DNA from: Porphyridium purpureum
Taxonomy: Eukaryota
Length of the DNA: 64,000 nucleotides
NCBI GenBank assembly: GCA_008690995.1
Contig: VRMN01000005.1
Coordinates: 248,001-312,000, forward strand
Direction of reading: 5' to 3'
Shown: positions 41,797-52,291 of the stretch, in pieces
How positions within the stretch are numbered: the first letter of the stretch is position 1
Layout: every line of letters starts with the position of its first letter
The notes under the pieces: model-generated
Databases searched by the model: none
Seen by the model: the letters and a program-made list of their open reading frames with translations, nothing else
What the model was told of the DNA's origin: nothing
Position numbers and translations under genes: made by a program

Positions 41797-42790
41797 GTGC
41801 AATGCGGTATGCTCTTTGGGCTTGAATAATCGAGCGGGCGGTTTTGCCCCTCCTCCTTTTGTTTGCGTGTATGACGCTGTGGAAGACGTTGCTAGCGAAC
41901 GCGTGAGATGCAATACAACTTGGGCTCACCGGGAGAGGTAACAGTTGGTATATGTGCTGATGAGATAAAGTCGTTATTTACCATATGCGTTTGTTTCTGT
42001 GTTTCTTTCCGGGTTAATGAAAGCTCTTTTCTCGTCCAGATTTGGGTACGGAGGGCCAGCCCTAATCTGCCGGTGGTATTGGCATGCCATCCTCCTGCTT
42101 AACATCAATTATGTGTCGGTCGAATACTTCGGCATAAGTACCTTGTGCGCGCCTGCACAATTGACATTGGATGGGAGTGCATTGGATTCAATCCAATGCG
42201 ATTGCATTTCTGAACCCGAGAATCTGCTTCACAATGTTTGCTCAGTTTGCAGATGGTTCGGCATCAAATCAACGCTCTTGAGTCCAAGCTGGGTCCGGAC
42301 CGTGTGATTGTCGAAGAGTGGAAAATCCGATCTGTGAAATGAGACGAGAGAGCCAAGCAACGAATAACGTATGTACGGATGATCTTTTGTGGTGCGCAAA
42401 GACTCGTTGTGTCAAAGGACAGCCGTGATACCTCTAGATGCCGTTACGATGGAGGCCACATGGGAGAAAATGAAAGACGCTTTCGAAAATGATGAAGGTT
42501 TGCAACGAACGCAGGAATCCGCGCAGGTAAAGTGCATTTGTGACATCAAATACGGCCTTCGACAATCATTCGCAGATGTCTGAGCAAATGTGGGTGAGCA
42601 GTCTGTCCTATCCGAATGTTTTACAGTGTGTAGCTTGTATCGATAGAATGATTTCCATCTAATAATCTTAGTACGAGACACAGACTCAGACGCTACGACT
42701 AAACTCCGCTCGACGCCAGCGTTGATCATAGCCCCCCACTCACAAGAGTCGTACGTGAATGACGGCGACACTGACATCGAGGGCTTTGCC

Positions 42791-43825
42791 TTATGTCTCA
42801 TCCTGTGCCTGATAAAAATGGTTTCCTGTGTCCTGAACCACGAATTGCGGCACGCGTTGGCTAAAGTAGGTCAAATCGATGTGAGAGGAACGCTCGTGCG
42901 AGCTAAGCACGGGCCGCGTATTCAGCTCAAGTGGCGTTGAGTCGGTCGACATTGACGCTGGTGCGCTCTCTTCCAGCTGCGAGGGCTTCTGCGGTTTCCT
43001 CTGGTCACCCGTGCGATGTTCCTGTATGTTTTCTGGAGTATTTCCCCCCAGGTCGGCTCGTGAATCGCTACCTTGCTCACCACCGGTATCCTTGACAGCC
43101 ACATTGGTGAGATTTTGCTCCGAGTCAAGCCAGCGGGCAACCTTGACATGAACCGGTTCCGGAAGCCCCAAACTCGAGAGCACACGTGCACTTGGTGTCG
43201 CGGCCTTGCGACGCCGGTGGTCTTTGGCAATCATCCACGGGTCCGGCGCTGTGCCCTTGTTCCCCGTCAATCCTGCCGAAAAGTCCATTTTTTCAAACAC
43301 GACATTTTCCGTCGTGTGCTGCCCAAACACGGCGAGCTGCACGTGCGCCTTTGGCGCAAGCAAGTCCTTCTTGACTGTAGCGACGGGATTGATTGTATCC
43401 TTGCTTGTGGTTCCACCAGACTCGTGCTGCGCGTCTTGCTCCTGCAGTGGGTTGTGTGGAAATTTGACCGCAGCGTCCTCGGCGAGGTGCTGCTGTTGTT
43501 GTTGCTGCTGCTGCTGAAGCATTTCCGCGGCACAAGTTTCACACCAGCACGCGTGCTGCGAGCGCGAGTAGAACGAGCACGGCATCTCGAGACACCGCTC
43601 GCAGCGCACGGCCATGGCGCTGTCGTGCGCAATCGCGACGCGCTCATGCGGCTGGCGCTGCGACCTCAACCCGCTGGCGCCGTCCGCGGCGCCCTTATGC
43701 CGCGCGACGTCGCACCTCTCGCACAACGGCGCCATCTCCTGCACGCACCACCGCCGCGCCTCGGCAGCGCCGCATTCACAGCACACCACCCGAAACTGCA
43801 CAATGTTCGTCGAGTTTCTCATCAT
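42791..43825 (-). CDS. Double B-box zinc finger protein (no CCT domain seen)
   Basis: CCECGAAEA..WCVQEMAPLCERCD..RH..HER and CERC..CSFYS..HACWCETC, followed by a polyQ tract. Confidence 0.85.
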   Translation of the reverse strand: MMRNSTNIVQFRVVCCECGAAEARRWCVQEMAPLCERCDVARHKGAADGASGLRSQRQPHERVAIAHDSAMAVRCERCLEMPCSFYSRSQHACWCETCAAEMLQQQQQQQQQHLAEDAAVKFPHNPLQEQDAQHESGGTTSKDTINPVATVKKDLLAPKAHVQLAVFGQHTTENVVFEKMDFSAGLTGNKGTAPDPWMIAKDHRRRKAATPSARVLSSLGLPEPVHVKVARWLDSEQNLTNVAVKDTGGEQGSDSRADLGGNTPENIQEHRTGDQRKPQKPSQLEESAPASMSTDSTPLELNTRPVLSSHERSSHIDLTYFSQRVPQFVVQDTGNHFYQAQDET

Positions 43826-44621
43826 CCTGCAACCCCCACCATCCTCCTCCCTCCGCCCCCGCCTTCCCTATAACCTGTGCCCTCTGTCCTTTGCCCTGAC
43901 GCTCTTCCAACCTCCCACCTCTCACACACACCCCTAATATACTCGTCCACACGCACACCCACACACACGCCGTCCCCACACTCCTCCCCTCCTCTCCCCT
44001 TTACCCCTTCCCCCCTCGCTCTTTACCCCCGCCTTGCTTCTCATCCAACCCAACCCTAACCGCTCAGGACTCAGCTGGCGTGTATGTAAATCGACCAATT
44101 TGCTAAGATACTCCCCCACCACTCAGGCTATTTTCGAGCCACTTGCAAACCATCGGAAATATCTAGTGAAATCAACCGGCTGAATCATAATGATGCTCTT
44201 CGTGCCAATACCGCTGACCAGCACTCCTCCTTGTTCTTCCCACTTACACAGCACGGCGCCTTATTTTATCACCGCGCGACAAGATGTTGACAAAGGTGGG
44301 GTACTGTGGGTTGTTCAGTCGGATACTGCGGAGGTGTACTTCAAGCGTGTGCGGGGAAGCGGGAAAATCTGTGCACATGCGGAGCGCAATAAAGCGGCTT
44401 TCGCTGTTGCCGGTGGTGAAGGTGGTGGTGGTGGTGCCAGCGAGGAGTGCGGGCACGGGCATGTATAAGAGTCGGTGAGGAGGAGATTAGAGCATGGGCT
44501 GGAGGTGGGCAGGTGGGACACGCAGGTGAGCACGTGATCGAGAGACGCGATAACGGGCAGCCTAGTGGGCGTGGGTCGGTGAGGTAGAGCAGAGTGGCTG
44601 TGCGGGTGCGGACGGAAAGTG

Positions 44622-45632
44622 ATGGCGATGATGTTTGTTCCTGCGCCTGCGGCGGGGCCAGTGGCGCGACCGCTGCGGTATGGCGTTTCGCGCGCGTATG
44701 ATGTCGCCGTTCTGCGTCCGCTTGGTGCGTCCCGCGCAGGGTGGGCCGCCGGCGTTACGGCCGGACGGCATGCGGCGCGCACCGCTTCCGTTGCGCGGCT
44801 GCACCCGCGCCAAATGGTGCGCATGGGATGGGTGGACAAAGTCGTGGGCGCCGTGCAGACGTGGTGGGGATGGTTGAGGAGCAAAGTGGAGGACCCAGAG
44901 ACTACAGTGCTGCGTAACATGGACGACATGCAGCGCAATTTGAAGAGTGCACGTCAAGCGTATGACGAGATGCGCAGCTACGTGCGTGACGTCCAGCAAC
45001 GACGTGAACACGAACTCGCTCTGTCGAAAGAATGGTACCAGCGTGCTGAGTACGCGCTTCGCGCCGGTGATGAGCAGATGGCGCGTGAGGCATTGCAGCA
45101 CAAGTACTCTGTTGATAAAAAGGCAGACACGCTGGGCGAGCAGCTCACCACGTTAAACGCCAGTCTCGAAACGCTCAAAGTGTCGCTGGCTGAAACAGAG
45201 GAGCGCGTGAGCGAGGCAATGGTTCAGCAACAAGAATTGCTCGCTCGCGTGCGCATGGCAAAGGCGTCGCGCAGCGCGGAGCGCGTACAGCAAGTGCCTG
45301 ACTTCATGTCGATTCGGTCTCAGCTGGAGCAACTTGAGGAGAGTGCTCAGAACCTGGGAAGGCCTAGTGTCTTCAGGAGACCAGCTCGTCTGCCGCGCCC
45401 GGCGCCCATGCGAATCGTCGTGCCTGAGCACGATAATTTTGCGCGGCAGGTGGATGACATGATGCGCGCCGCTGCAGACTCGTTCGCACAGATGGACCGC
45501 GAGCGCATTCGTGTACGCCGCACGCAAGACAAGATTCGTTCCGTGCAACGAGAAGTCCCATTCGTGCTGGGTGAACAGGACCTCTACCAGCTTGAGCGTG
45601 ACATGAGACGGCTTCGTGATCTGTTTCGCTAA
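44622..45632 (+). CDS. Divergent second VIPP1/PspA-family paralogue
   Basis: Transit-peptide-like leader, MGWVDKV..KVEDPET, WYQRAEYALRAGDEQMAREAL and LLARVRMAKA. The C-terminal third is divergent. Confidence 0.88.
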   Translation: MAMMFVPAPAAGPVARPLRYGVSRAYDVAVLRPLGASRAGWAAGVTAGRHAARTASVARLHPRQMVRMGWVDKVVGAVQTWWGWLRSKVEDPETTVLRNMDDMQRNLKSARQAYDEMRSYVRDVQQRREHELALSKEWYQRAEYALRAGDEQMAREALQHKYSVDKKADTLGEQLTTLNASLETLKVSLAETEERVSEAMVQQQELLARVRMAKASRSAERVQQVPDFMSIRSQLEQLEESAQNLGRPSVFRRPARLPRPAPMRIVVPEHDNFARQVDDMMRAAADSFAQMDRERIRVRRTQDKIRSVQREVPFVLGEQDLYQLERDMRRLRDLFR

Positions 45633-45799
45633 CCTGTGCCGTATACCCGGCAGGCGGGCGTAAAGAGGTCTGCGAATGAGTGTGATGACTACAGAGCACG
45701 CGAAAGCGCTGGTTCAGGTATTTAAACATGAGTCGCTCTCAGGGTTGTCCTTTTAGTTTTGCTTGCACGTCTGAGAGGTGAGCTCTCCTCGTCATTTCA

Positions 45800-46210
45800 C
45801 TAAACCTTTGCGGCCTTCTTCAGCTTCTTATATTCCTTAGCGATGAGTCTGCTCTTTTCCTTCTTGGCGACCATAAGTTTGAAGCGGTCAAAGTCGTTCA
45901 GCTCGGCGCGCTTTCGCTGCTTATCGAGCTTCTTGCCCCACGAGGTCGCCGCAAACTTTGCCAGAACGTCATTTGCCTTGATCGCTTCCTCGAGCTGTGC
46001 CGAAGACGCTCCACGCGGGATTTCAATCGTGAAATCTGTGAGCGCAATGCGCTTGTAAGCGATGAGTTGTCTCGCGACGCCCGTGGTCGGGCCATCAATC
46101 ATGCACTTGTTCTGATCCAGCACGTCGACGATCACCGCAGTCTTCCCAAAGCCAGTTCCATACTCCACCAGGACCACGCGGCCCACCTCGACAAATCGCG
46201 CAAAGCCCAT
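45800..46210 (-). CDS. RPL14: 60S ribosomal protein L14 (eL14)
   Basis: MGFARFVEVGRV..IVDVLDQNKCMIDGP..LNDFDRFKLM. ATG 46210 gives 136 aa. Confidence 0.97.
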   Translation of the reverse strand: MGFARFVEVGRVVLVEYGTGFGKTAVIVDVLDQNKCMIDGPTTGVARQLIAYKRIALTDFTIEIPRGASSAQLEEAIKANDVLAKFAATSWGKKLDKQRKRAELNDFDRFKLMVAKKEKSRLIAKEYKKLKKAAKV

Positions 46211-46709
46211 CTTACCCCTCTTACACGTTTCACACGCTTCGTTCCCTCTCTCTCTCTCTCTCCCCTCCAAAGGCCCCTTACGCTTTCTCTTTTCCCCACA
46301 TCCCCTTTCAACCTTCCCTTGTTCCCCTCAAGCACCGCCGCCACACACTCCTTTCACTTCCTATTAAAACGCGCTTGTTTTCATACGGCGTTCGGACGCA
46401 CGCGGCGACGCAGCGCAGCGCGGCGTGCGCAGAACGCGTACGTGCGTGCGTGCGAGTGTTGGAATACGTCATTACATACTCATCTTGATGTAGACCAATT
46501 ATTTAAGTGTTATGTTTAAGCATACAGATTAATTAAGTACTGTGGGTTTTCGGTGGGGGGCGCGCGAGATTGTAGGACGCCCATTTGGGGCTGAGATTGA
46601 CGAAGGGTAGAGGTTGGGGGAGTCGCTGCAGAGAGAGACGGTGGATGTGATCTGGTGGCGGCACTCTGTGGATTGATCCGATAGGAGCAGCGCGACAGAC
46701 TCGAAGATC

Positions 46710-47966
46710 ATGGCGTGTTTCCTGGCGTCGCCCGCTATGGGCCTGCAGCAGCACCAGCAGCACGGGATAGCGTGGTCGACCTCGGTTCGGGCGCGCTCCG
46801 CGCCGGCGGTCCGGCTAGTCTCGTCGTCTTCGAAGCGCGCGCTCCGGCGACCTGGTAATGGGCTCGTTCGCATGGCCGGTAGCTTGTACTCCTGCCACGG
46901 CGGCGTGCATCTGAGTAGCGAGGAAAAGACTGAGCTCGAGAAGATCGCGGAAATGATTGGGACGCCAGGGAAGGGAATCACGGCATGCGACGAAGGGCCC
47001 GGCACGATCGGGATGCGATTCGAGGCGGTCGGTATTGAGAATACAGAGGAGAATCGCAGGGCTTATAGGCAAATTCTTTTTGAAACGCCTGGCATCGGTG
47101 ACTACTTATCCGCGGCAATTCTCGATCCGGAGACGCTGTACCAGAAAAGCTCGTCGGACGGCTCGCTTTTCCCGGCAAAGCTGTGGTCGCTCGGTATTGT
47201 TCCTGGCGTCAAGCCGCACCTCAAAGTGTACGAGTTGCCAGGCCAGAACGGTGCCACGGTTATGCAAGGCCTTGACTCGCTCGCCGTGCGCTGTGCGGAG
47301 TATCGTAAGGCTGGATGCCGATTCACCAAGTGGCGCAGCCCGCTCACTATCGATGAGCGTAACGGGCAGCCGTCGGACCTCGTGATTGAGGCCAACATGA
47401 CTGATCTGGCCCGCTTCGCTCTCATCAGCCAAGCAGAAGGGCTGGTGCCCATTATCGAGCCCGACGTTTCGCTCTCAGGAGACCATGATCTCGAGACCGC
47501 GGTTATGATCAACGTGAAAATCCAGTCCTCTTTGTTCAAAGCGTGTCTGGAACACGGCGTCTACATGGAGGGCTGCGTTCTCAAGTCCAACATTGTCAAT
47601 CCAGGCAAGAAGTGCCCTAAAAAGTATTCGGTCGAAGAAATCGGCAAGGCGAACATTGACACGCTTCGCAGGACCATGCCTGCTGCCATTCGCACGGCCA
47701 ACTTTTTGTCGGGTGGCCAATCCCTATCGGACGCTTGCGCTCGTCTGAGCGCGATGAATAAGGTCAAAGGAAACAGCCCGTGGAATTTAAGCTTTTCATG
47801 GAGCGCGGCTCTGCAAATGCCGCTGTTTGCCTTGTGCAAAGGCAAAGACGGTTTGCAGCTGGACGCCATGAGCAAACTGTATTTGGAAGAACTCAAACTT
47901 GCAGGGGCAGCCGCCCTTGGCAAATACGACGCGAAACCGGGAGAGGGCGATCACTCGCCAAAGTAG
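46710..47966 (+). CDS. FBA: Class I fructose-bisphosphate aldolase, atypical, probably plastid-targeted
   Basis: GKGITACDE, ENTEENRRAYR, QGLDSL, FTKWR, VPIIEP, VLKSN, FLSGGQS and PWNLSFS, after an N-terminal Ser/Arg-rich leader. Confidence 0.92.
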   Translation: MACFLASPAMGLQQHQQHGIAWSTSVRARSAPAVRLVSSSSKRALRRPGNGLVRMAGSLYSCHGGVHLSSEEKTELEKIAEMIGTPGKGITACDEGPGTIGMRFEAVGIENTEENRRAYRQILFETPGIGDYLSAAILDPETLYQKSSSDGSLFPAKLWSLGIVPGVKPHLKVYELPGQNGATVMQGLDSLAVRCAEYRKAGCRFTKWRSPLTIDERNGQPSDLVIEANMTDLARFALISQAEGLVPIIEPDVSLSGDHDLETAVMINVKIQSSLFKACLEHGVYMEGCVLKSNIVNPGKKCPKKYSVEEIGKANIDTLRRTMPAAIRTANFLSGGQSLSDACARLSAMNKVKGNSPWNLSFSWSAALQMPLFALCKGKDGLQLDAMSKLYLEELKLAGAAALGKYDAKPGEGDHSPK

Positions 47967-48106
47967 AAAGCAGCCGTGGTGTAGAAAAGCGTCACCCTAT
48001 CAGAGCTTTGCTTAATAAAAGAACGCAACTCGTTTGCGAGCCACCAGTGACTAAGTTTCTCGACTCGGTCGAACTCGTCCCGGTCAACCTAGGAGCCAAA
48101 GGCAAG

Positions 48107-50896
48107 TTACCACGTCATCATGACCTGGAGTCGGATAAGTTTAGATGACAGCTCCGCAAACGGAAACTGAAGCATGCCGCTCAGATTGATGAGGTACTGC
48201 GCGGACTGATCGTACACAAGCCGCTCTGTGTGCATTTCTGCGGCCATCTTCCTGTCTCCGCGTACGTTTGCCAAGGATTCTGCTCGACGCGCGCTGGTGT
48301 GCAGTGCAACAAGCAGTTCCATCACAATGAGCAAAATTTCCGGTATTCTTTCTAGCACCACGTCATCATAATCACTCGTGCCTGGTCGCAGCTCCGAAGC
48401 CTTGGCCAGCACCTGGTCGCTGCTCATTGGCAATAGCGAAAGCTTTCTCAAAAACGCCCATGCGGCCTCGAGCTTGCCAGCGTTATACAAGTCGATGAAT
48501 TCGCATAGGTTTAGCAGCATGCGGAAAGAGTGCAGCAAGCGCTCTGAGTGTACGCTGCGTAATGACGCATCAGAATCCAGACGTACCGCAAATATTTTTG
48601 CTTCCTGCAACACCTCACTGCGTGCCGATGACGAGATATCCATCATTTGCGCGCCTAGTCGCAGCACAAGAATCCTTAGCACGTCGTCTGCTGAACCCAT
48701 GTTTTCGTAAATTTTCGCAGCCAACGCGCGATCCCCGCCTTCTTCGGCAATCCGAGCCGTTTGGCGAATGGCGCGCATAAGAATACTCTCTCCGCTCTCT
48801 CCGGTGAGCCGGACAAGCTCTCGTAGAGATCCCTGCAAACCCGACCGGTGACTGCCAAGCAATTCAGTTACCTTTCGGGTTCGCAGAATGATGCGCTGAA
48901 GCAAGTCCTGGATCACGTGCGATTCCTCGACATGTAAACTGAACGCATAGACTGCTGCTTCCACTGGATTTTCTTGCAACATGGGGCGAACGAAACGCAT
49001 CAAAAAGTTGCAATACAGCGCGGAGTCAAGAAGTCTGTAAAAGTATAGGACAAACGCGATGTGAAAGGCGTCCAAAAATGAACTACTGGATGTTGGTGAC
49101 CCAGATACTGCCCCTGCATGCCCACTCGGTGAAGTATTCTCCATCAGATAGTGCGCAGCCTCATTGTAGCAACCGCAATACAAGAGAATCGAAGCGTACA
49201 GAAATGGGTTGCTGCCCTTTGGGTCAAAATATTTGGGACCAAATGCTTGCACTTCAGCCTGAACCTCCTTGAGCGAAAGTGCCCTGGTCGTTGCCATTCT
49301 CAACGGCTGGGCCGCGCTCGGTTCACCCGATTCGACTCGCACCAGGCTCAACTGAAACCAAACATAGTCCTCGACATCTGAGAACAAAATAGCTTGGTCG
49401 TCGCCGGAAAGTGCGGGCCCTGCAATCGGCTGCGGCTGCACGCGAAGCAGTAACATGCAGCACGCACGCCTGAATGGATCTGGACTGAAGGCAGCCTTGG
49501 ATGTGTACTCGTACAGAAGGCTATCCAAATGCTCTTCGCTCAATAAGTGTTCTGCCTTGCTGCGGTAAAAGGAGTCCCAGCAGACCGCAAAATGGCTGCC
49601 GATAGCTTCGAGCTGGTGGGCCGCATCGTGAACAACTTCATTCACAGCATCCAGATCGCCGCAGCGAAAGCAGAAATATATCTGCGGCCACAGTGGAAGG
49701 CCCCGTAGAAGCGGACTACCGTCGCTCCGCAAGTAGGCAGGTACACCGCGCTGTAAAAGCACATTGATATAGCCGCGCACGTCAGCCAACAAGCCCGGCT
49801 CCCCGCCACGTTTAGCGAGCAGGGGATTCGATTCTACAGTAGGGCGGAGCTTGCCGTTTCGAAACATAAGTTCGAGACCACGCCGCGCACCACGCCACCC
49901 TTCAGCTACCCGTGACTCGGAATCAATATCACGGCCCGGCAATTTCGCCACACCGTCTGTTTCTTCTTCCTCGCCACAAATGAAGCGAAGCGAGTAAAAG
50001 CACGCCTCGATACGTTGGCCGCGATGATGACGCGACGCTGCGCGCTCAAATTCACGCGCCACGGAGACCGATGCGTGTTGGTGCTGCGGATCACTAGCGC
50101 GGAGCGACGTAACGCATGCACGCTTCACAATATCGACATAGTCTGCTTCAACCTGCGGCCGAATTCGACTCTGAGATTCGACATGCGCAAAGCCAGATCC
50201 TGGTGCGCTCGCATGGGTTGTTCCGTCTTGTGACGCCATGGAGGCGCCTGCGCCACTGCTGCCAGGCACAAAGGCTGTGCGAGTAACCACATCAGCCTTT
50301 TGTGTGGCCCACATGTACTCAAGCCGCTGCGCTCGACGCTTTCGAGAGTCAGTGAGCACTGAAGAGCGTACTGTGTCGATGGCGGCGAGAATCATCACAT
50401 CGTTTTGCTGCGTGGCAAAGGCGTCCAGGTCCGAGTCTGCAAACGGGTGGAGCGGCTCGTACGTGTCTAGCAGCGCAATGCTTTGCAAAGATCTTTCGAG
50501 ACGATTCGGTTCCAGCCCGTACTCTGACAACACGCGCATCGCATTGGAGCCGCCGCCGCCGCCGCCGCCACCTGCGGGCGTTCCTGCATATGTAACATGC
50601 TGCATCGCGCCGTCATCACCGGAGAACGGGTCTCGGTCGCTGCGTTCAAAAGATCCATCTGCTATGAACGGGCGCCTCGATGCCTGATTGATCTGATCTA
50701 AATCCCGTTCCAACCGGGGAATCATCGACCGCATGCTCTTCGCAGCGCCAGATGCGGCCGCTGCATCGCGGCCTCCATGCAACGCCGCGTACTCACCCGC
50801 CGCACGAGACGCGGTCTCCGGCCCCTGATGCTGGAACTCCACTTGCTGCCGCGCCGCGAGCCCGCGCGACTGCGCAAGCACGTCCGAGAAGTCCAT
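48107..50896 (-). CDS. NUP93: Nucleoporin Nup93/Nic96
   Basis: IPRLERDLDQI, PLWPQIYFCFRCG, DPFRRAC, VEDYVWFQL, FGPKYF and C-terminal LINLSGMLQF..KL. Confidence 0.93.
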   Translation of the reverse strand: MDFSDVLAQSRGLAARQQVEFQHQGPETASRAAGEYAALHGGRDAAAASGAAKSMRSMIPRLERDLDQINQASRRPFIADGSFERSDRDPFSGDDGAMQHVTYAGTPAGGGGGGGGSNAMRVLSEYGLEPNRLERSLQSIALLDTYEPLHPFADSDLDAFATQQNDVMILAAIDTVRSSVLTDSRKRRAQRLEYMWATQKADVVTRTAFVPGSSGAGASMASQDGTTHASAPGSGFAHVESQSRIRPQVEADYVDIVKRACVTSLRASDPQHQHASVSVAREFERAASRHHRGQRIEACFYSLRFICGEEEETDGVAKLPGRDIDSESRVAEGWRGARRGLELMFRNGKLRPTVESNPLLAKRGGEPGLLADVRGYINVLLQRGVPAYLRSDGSPLLRGLPLWPQIYFCFRCGDLDAVNEVVHDAAHQLEAIGSHFAVCWDSFYRSKAEHLLSEEHLDSLLYEYTSKAAFSPDPFRRACCMLLLRVQPQPIAGPALSGDDQAILFSDVEDYVWFQLSLVRVESGEPSAAQPLRMATTRALSLKEVQAEVQAFGPKYFDPKGSNPFLYASILLYCGCYNEAAHYLMENTSPSGHAGAVSGSPTSSSSFLDAFHIAFVLYFYRLLDSALYCNFLMRFVRPMLQENPVEAAVYAFSLHVEESHVIQDLLQRIILRTRKVTELLGSHRSGLQGSLRELVRLTGESGESILMRAIRQTARIAEEGGDRALAAKIYENMGSADDVLRILVLRLGAQMMDISSSARSEVLQEAKIFAVRLDSDASLRSVHSERLLHSFRMLLNLCEFIDLYNAGKLEAAWAFLRKLSLLPMSSDQVLAKASELRPGTSDYDDVVLERIPEILLIVMELLVALHTSARRAESLANVRGDRKMAAEMHTERLVYDQSAQYLINLSGMLQFPFAELSSKLIRLQVMMTW

Positions 50897-51181
50897 CGCC
50901 AGGATGGCTCGCTACCACCACTGTTGCTCTGAACTTCCCCTTCACGCCGCTACCCTCGACCAAGTGAAAAAGAAATACACACGCGCCAAAACGCCACTTC
51001 ATATTGAAACGGTACTACTTTACTATACAGTACGAAACGCGCGCCGATAAACGATCCGAGAAACCGGAAAGATTGTTATCGGTTCAAGGGTGGACGGGAC
51101 GACGTGAAGGGCTGCAAGGATGCGAGGACGTGTGTGGAGTGGACGTGCGAATGAGGCGTCTTGGGTTGACGGTGGGTAGAG

Positions 51182-52126
51182 ATGAAGATGAAGGAGAAAG
51201 ACGGAGACGGCGCCGTGCGAACGTCCAGGGCGTCGCAGGTGAATGAGGTGAGGAACAAGGCGATTCGGCGTGGGCTGATTGAGAAGGAACGCACGCAGAA
51301 GAAGCGCGACAAGAAGCAGCGACAGGAGGAGCGACGGCAGCAGCGGAAAGCGCTGGGCGAGAGCGCGCCGCCCAAGCTGGTGCCAGATACTATTGATAAC
51401 ACGCGCGAGTATGATGAAACGCTCGTTACGGCAGAGAAGAGTGCAGTGCTGGAGGAGCAACAGCTTCGTGACGAGTTTGCCGCGGTGTTCCAAGGTGAGC
51501 AAACGCCGCACGTGCTGATTACCACGGGACTGAAACCAAAGCAGGTCACGTACGGATTTGTTCAGGAACTCTTGTATGTTATCCCCAATTCCGTTTATTA
51601 TGAACGCAAGAGCTACGACATCAAGGAGGTGGTCAAGTACTCGGCCATGCGCGAGTTTTCAGACGTGCTGGTGGTCAAGGATGACCACAAGCAACTCACT
51701 GCATTAATACACATTCATCTCGCGGCGGGGCCTACGGCAGTCTATCGGCTTTCGTCTTACATTCCCGCGCGCAATATTCACGGACATGGCACCAAGACTA
51801 GTCACCAGCCAGAACTCATCCTGAACCGCTTCACGACTGGGATTGGACACCGTGTGGGGCGCATGCTCGGTGCACTGTTTCCGCACGAGCCCAACTTCAA
51901 AGGCCGCCAAGTGGTAACACTGCACAACCAGCGCGACTTTATTTTCTTCCGCTTTCACCGGTACATGTTCAACGACAAGGGAAGCGGTGCACGACTCCAG
52001 GAGCTGGGCCCGCGCTTCACGTTGAGATTGCAGTCGATGCAGCGCGGCGCATTTGACCGAGACGGCGAGTATGAGTTTGTGAGGCAGAAGAAGGGCAGCG
52101 GCAGCAAGCTGAAATTTTCCATGTGA
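51182..52126 (+). CDS. RPF1: Brix-domain ribosome production factor 1
   Basis: PDTIDNTRE, DEFA, HLAAGPTA, PELILNRFTT.IGH, TLHNQRDFIFFRFHRY and LQELGPRFTL. Confidence 0.95.
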   Translation: MKMKEKDGDGAVRTSRASQVNEVRNKAIRRGLIEKERTQKKRDKKQRQEERRQQRKALGESAPPKLVPDTIDNTREYDETLVTAEKSAVLEEQQLRDEFAAVFQGEQTPHVLITTGLKPKQVTYGFVQELLYVIPNSVYYERKSYDIKEVVKYSAMREFSDVLVVKDDHKQLTALIHIHLAAGPTAVYRLSSYIPARNIHGHGTKTSHQPELILNRFTTGIGHRVGRMLGALFPHEPNFKGRQVVTLHNQRDFIFFRFHRYMFNDKGSGARLQELGPRFTLRLQSMQRGAFDRDGEYEFVRQKKGSGSKLKFSM

Positions 52127-52291
52127 GCGAGCCCGCGCCTGCTGGAAGGGGATCTTTGTGTGTCCCCCACGATACTCCGCTTGCCGCGCGAGCGCGACGG
52201 AATGTTTGGTTCGTTGTGGGACCTGGCAATACCTTACTACAGCGTGAAACATGTATTTATCCAACTCGAGATACGAGAAAATCGCGGATTC

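Noticed and set aside
41800..42790. 1-kb spacer between VIPP1 and the B-box gene
   Set aside because: Only short ORFs with no motifs or recognisable RNA structure.
44189..44218. Box C/D-like ATGATG...CTGA
   Set aside because: Imperfect C box, too short, no recognisable rRNA guide.
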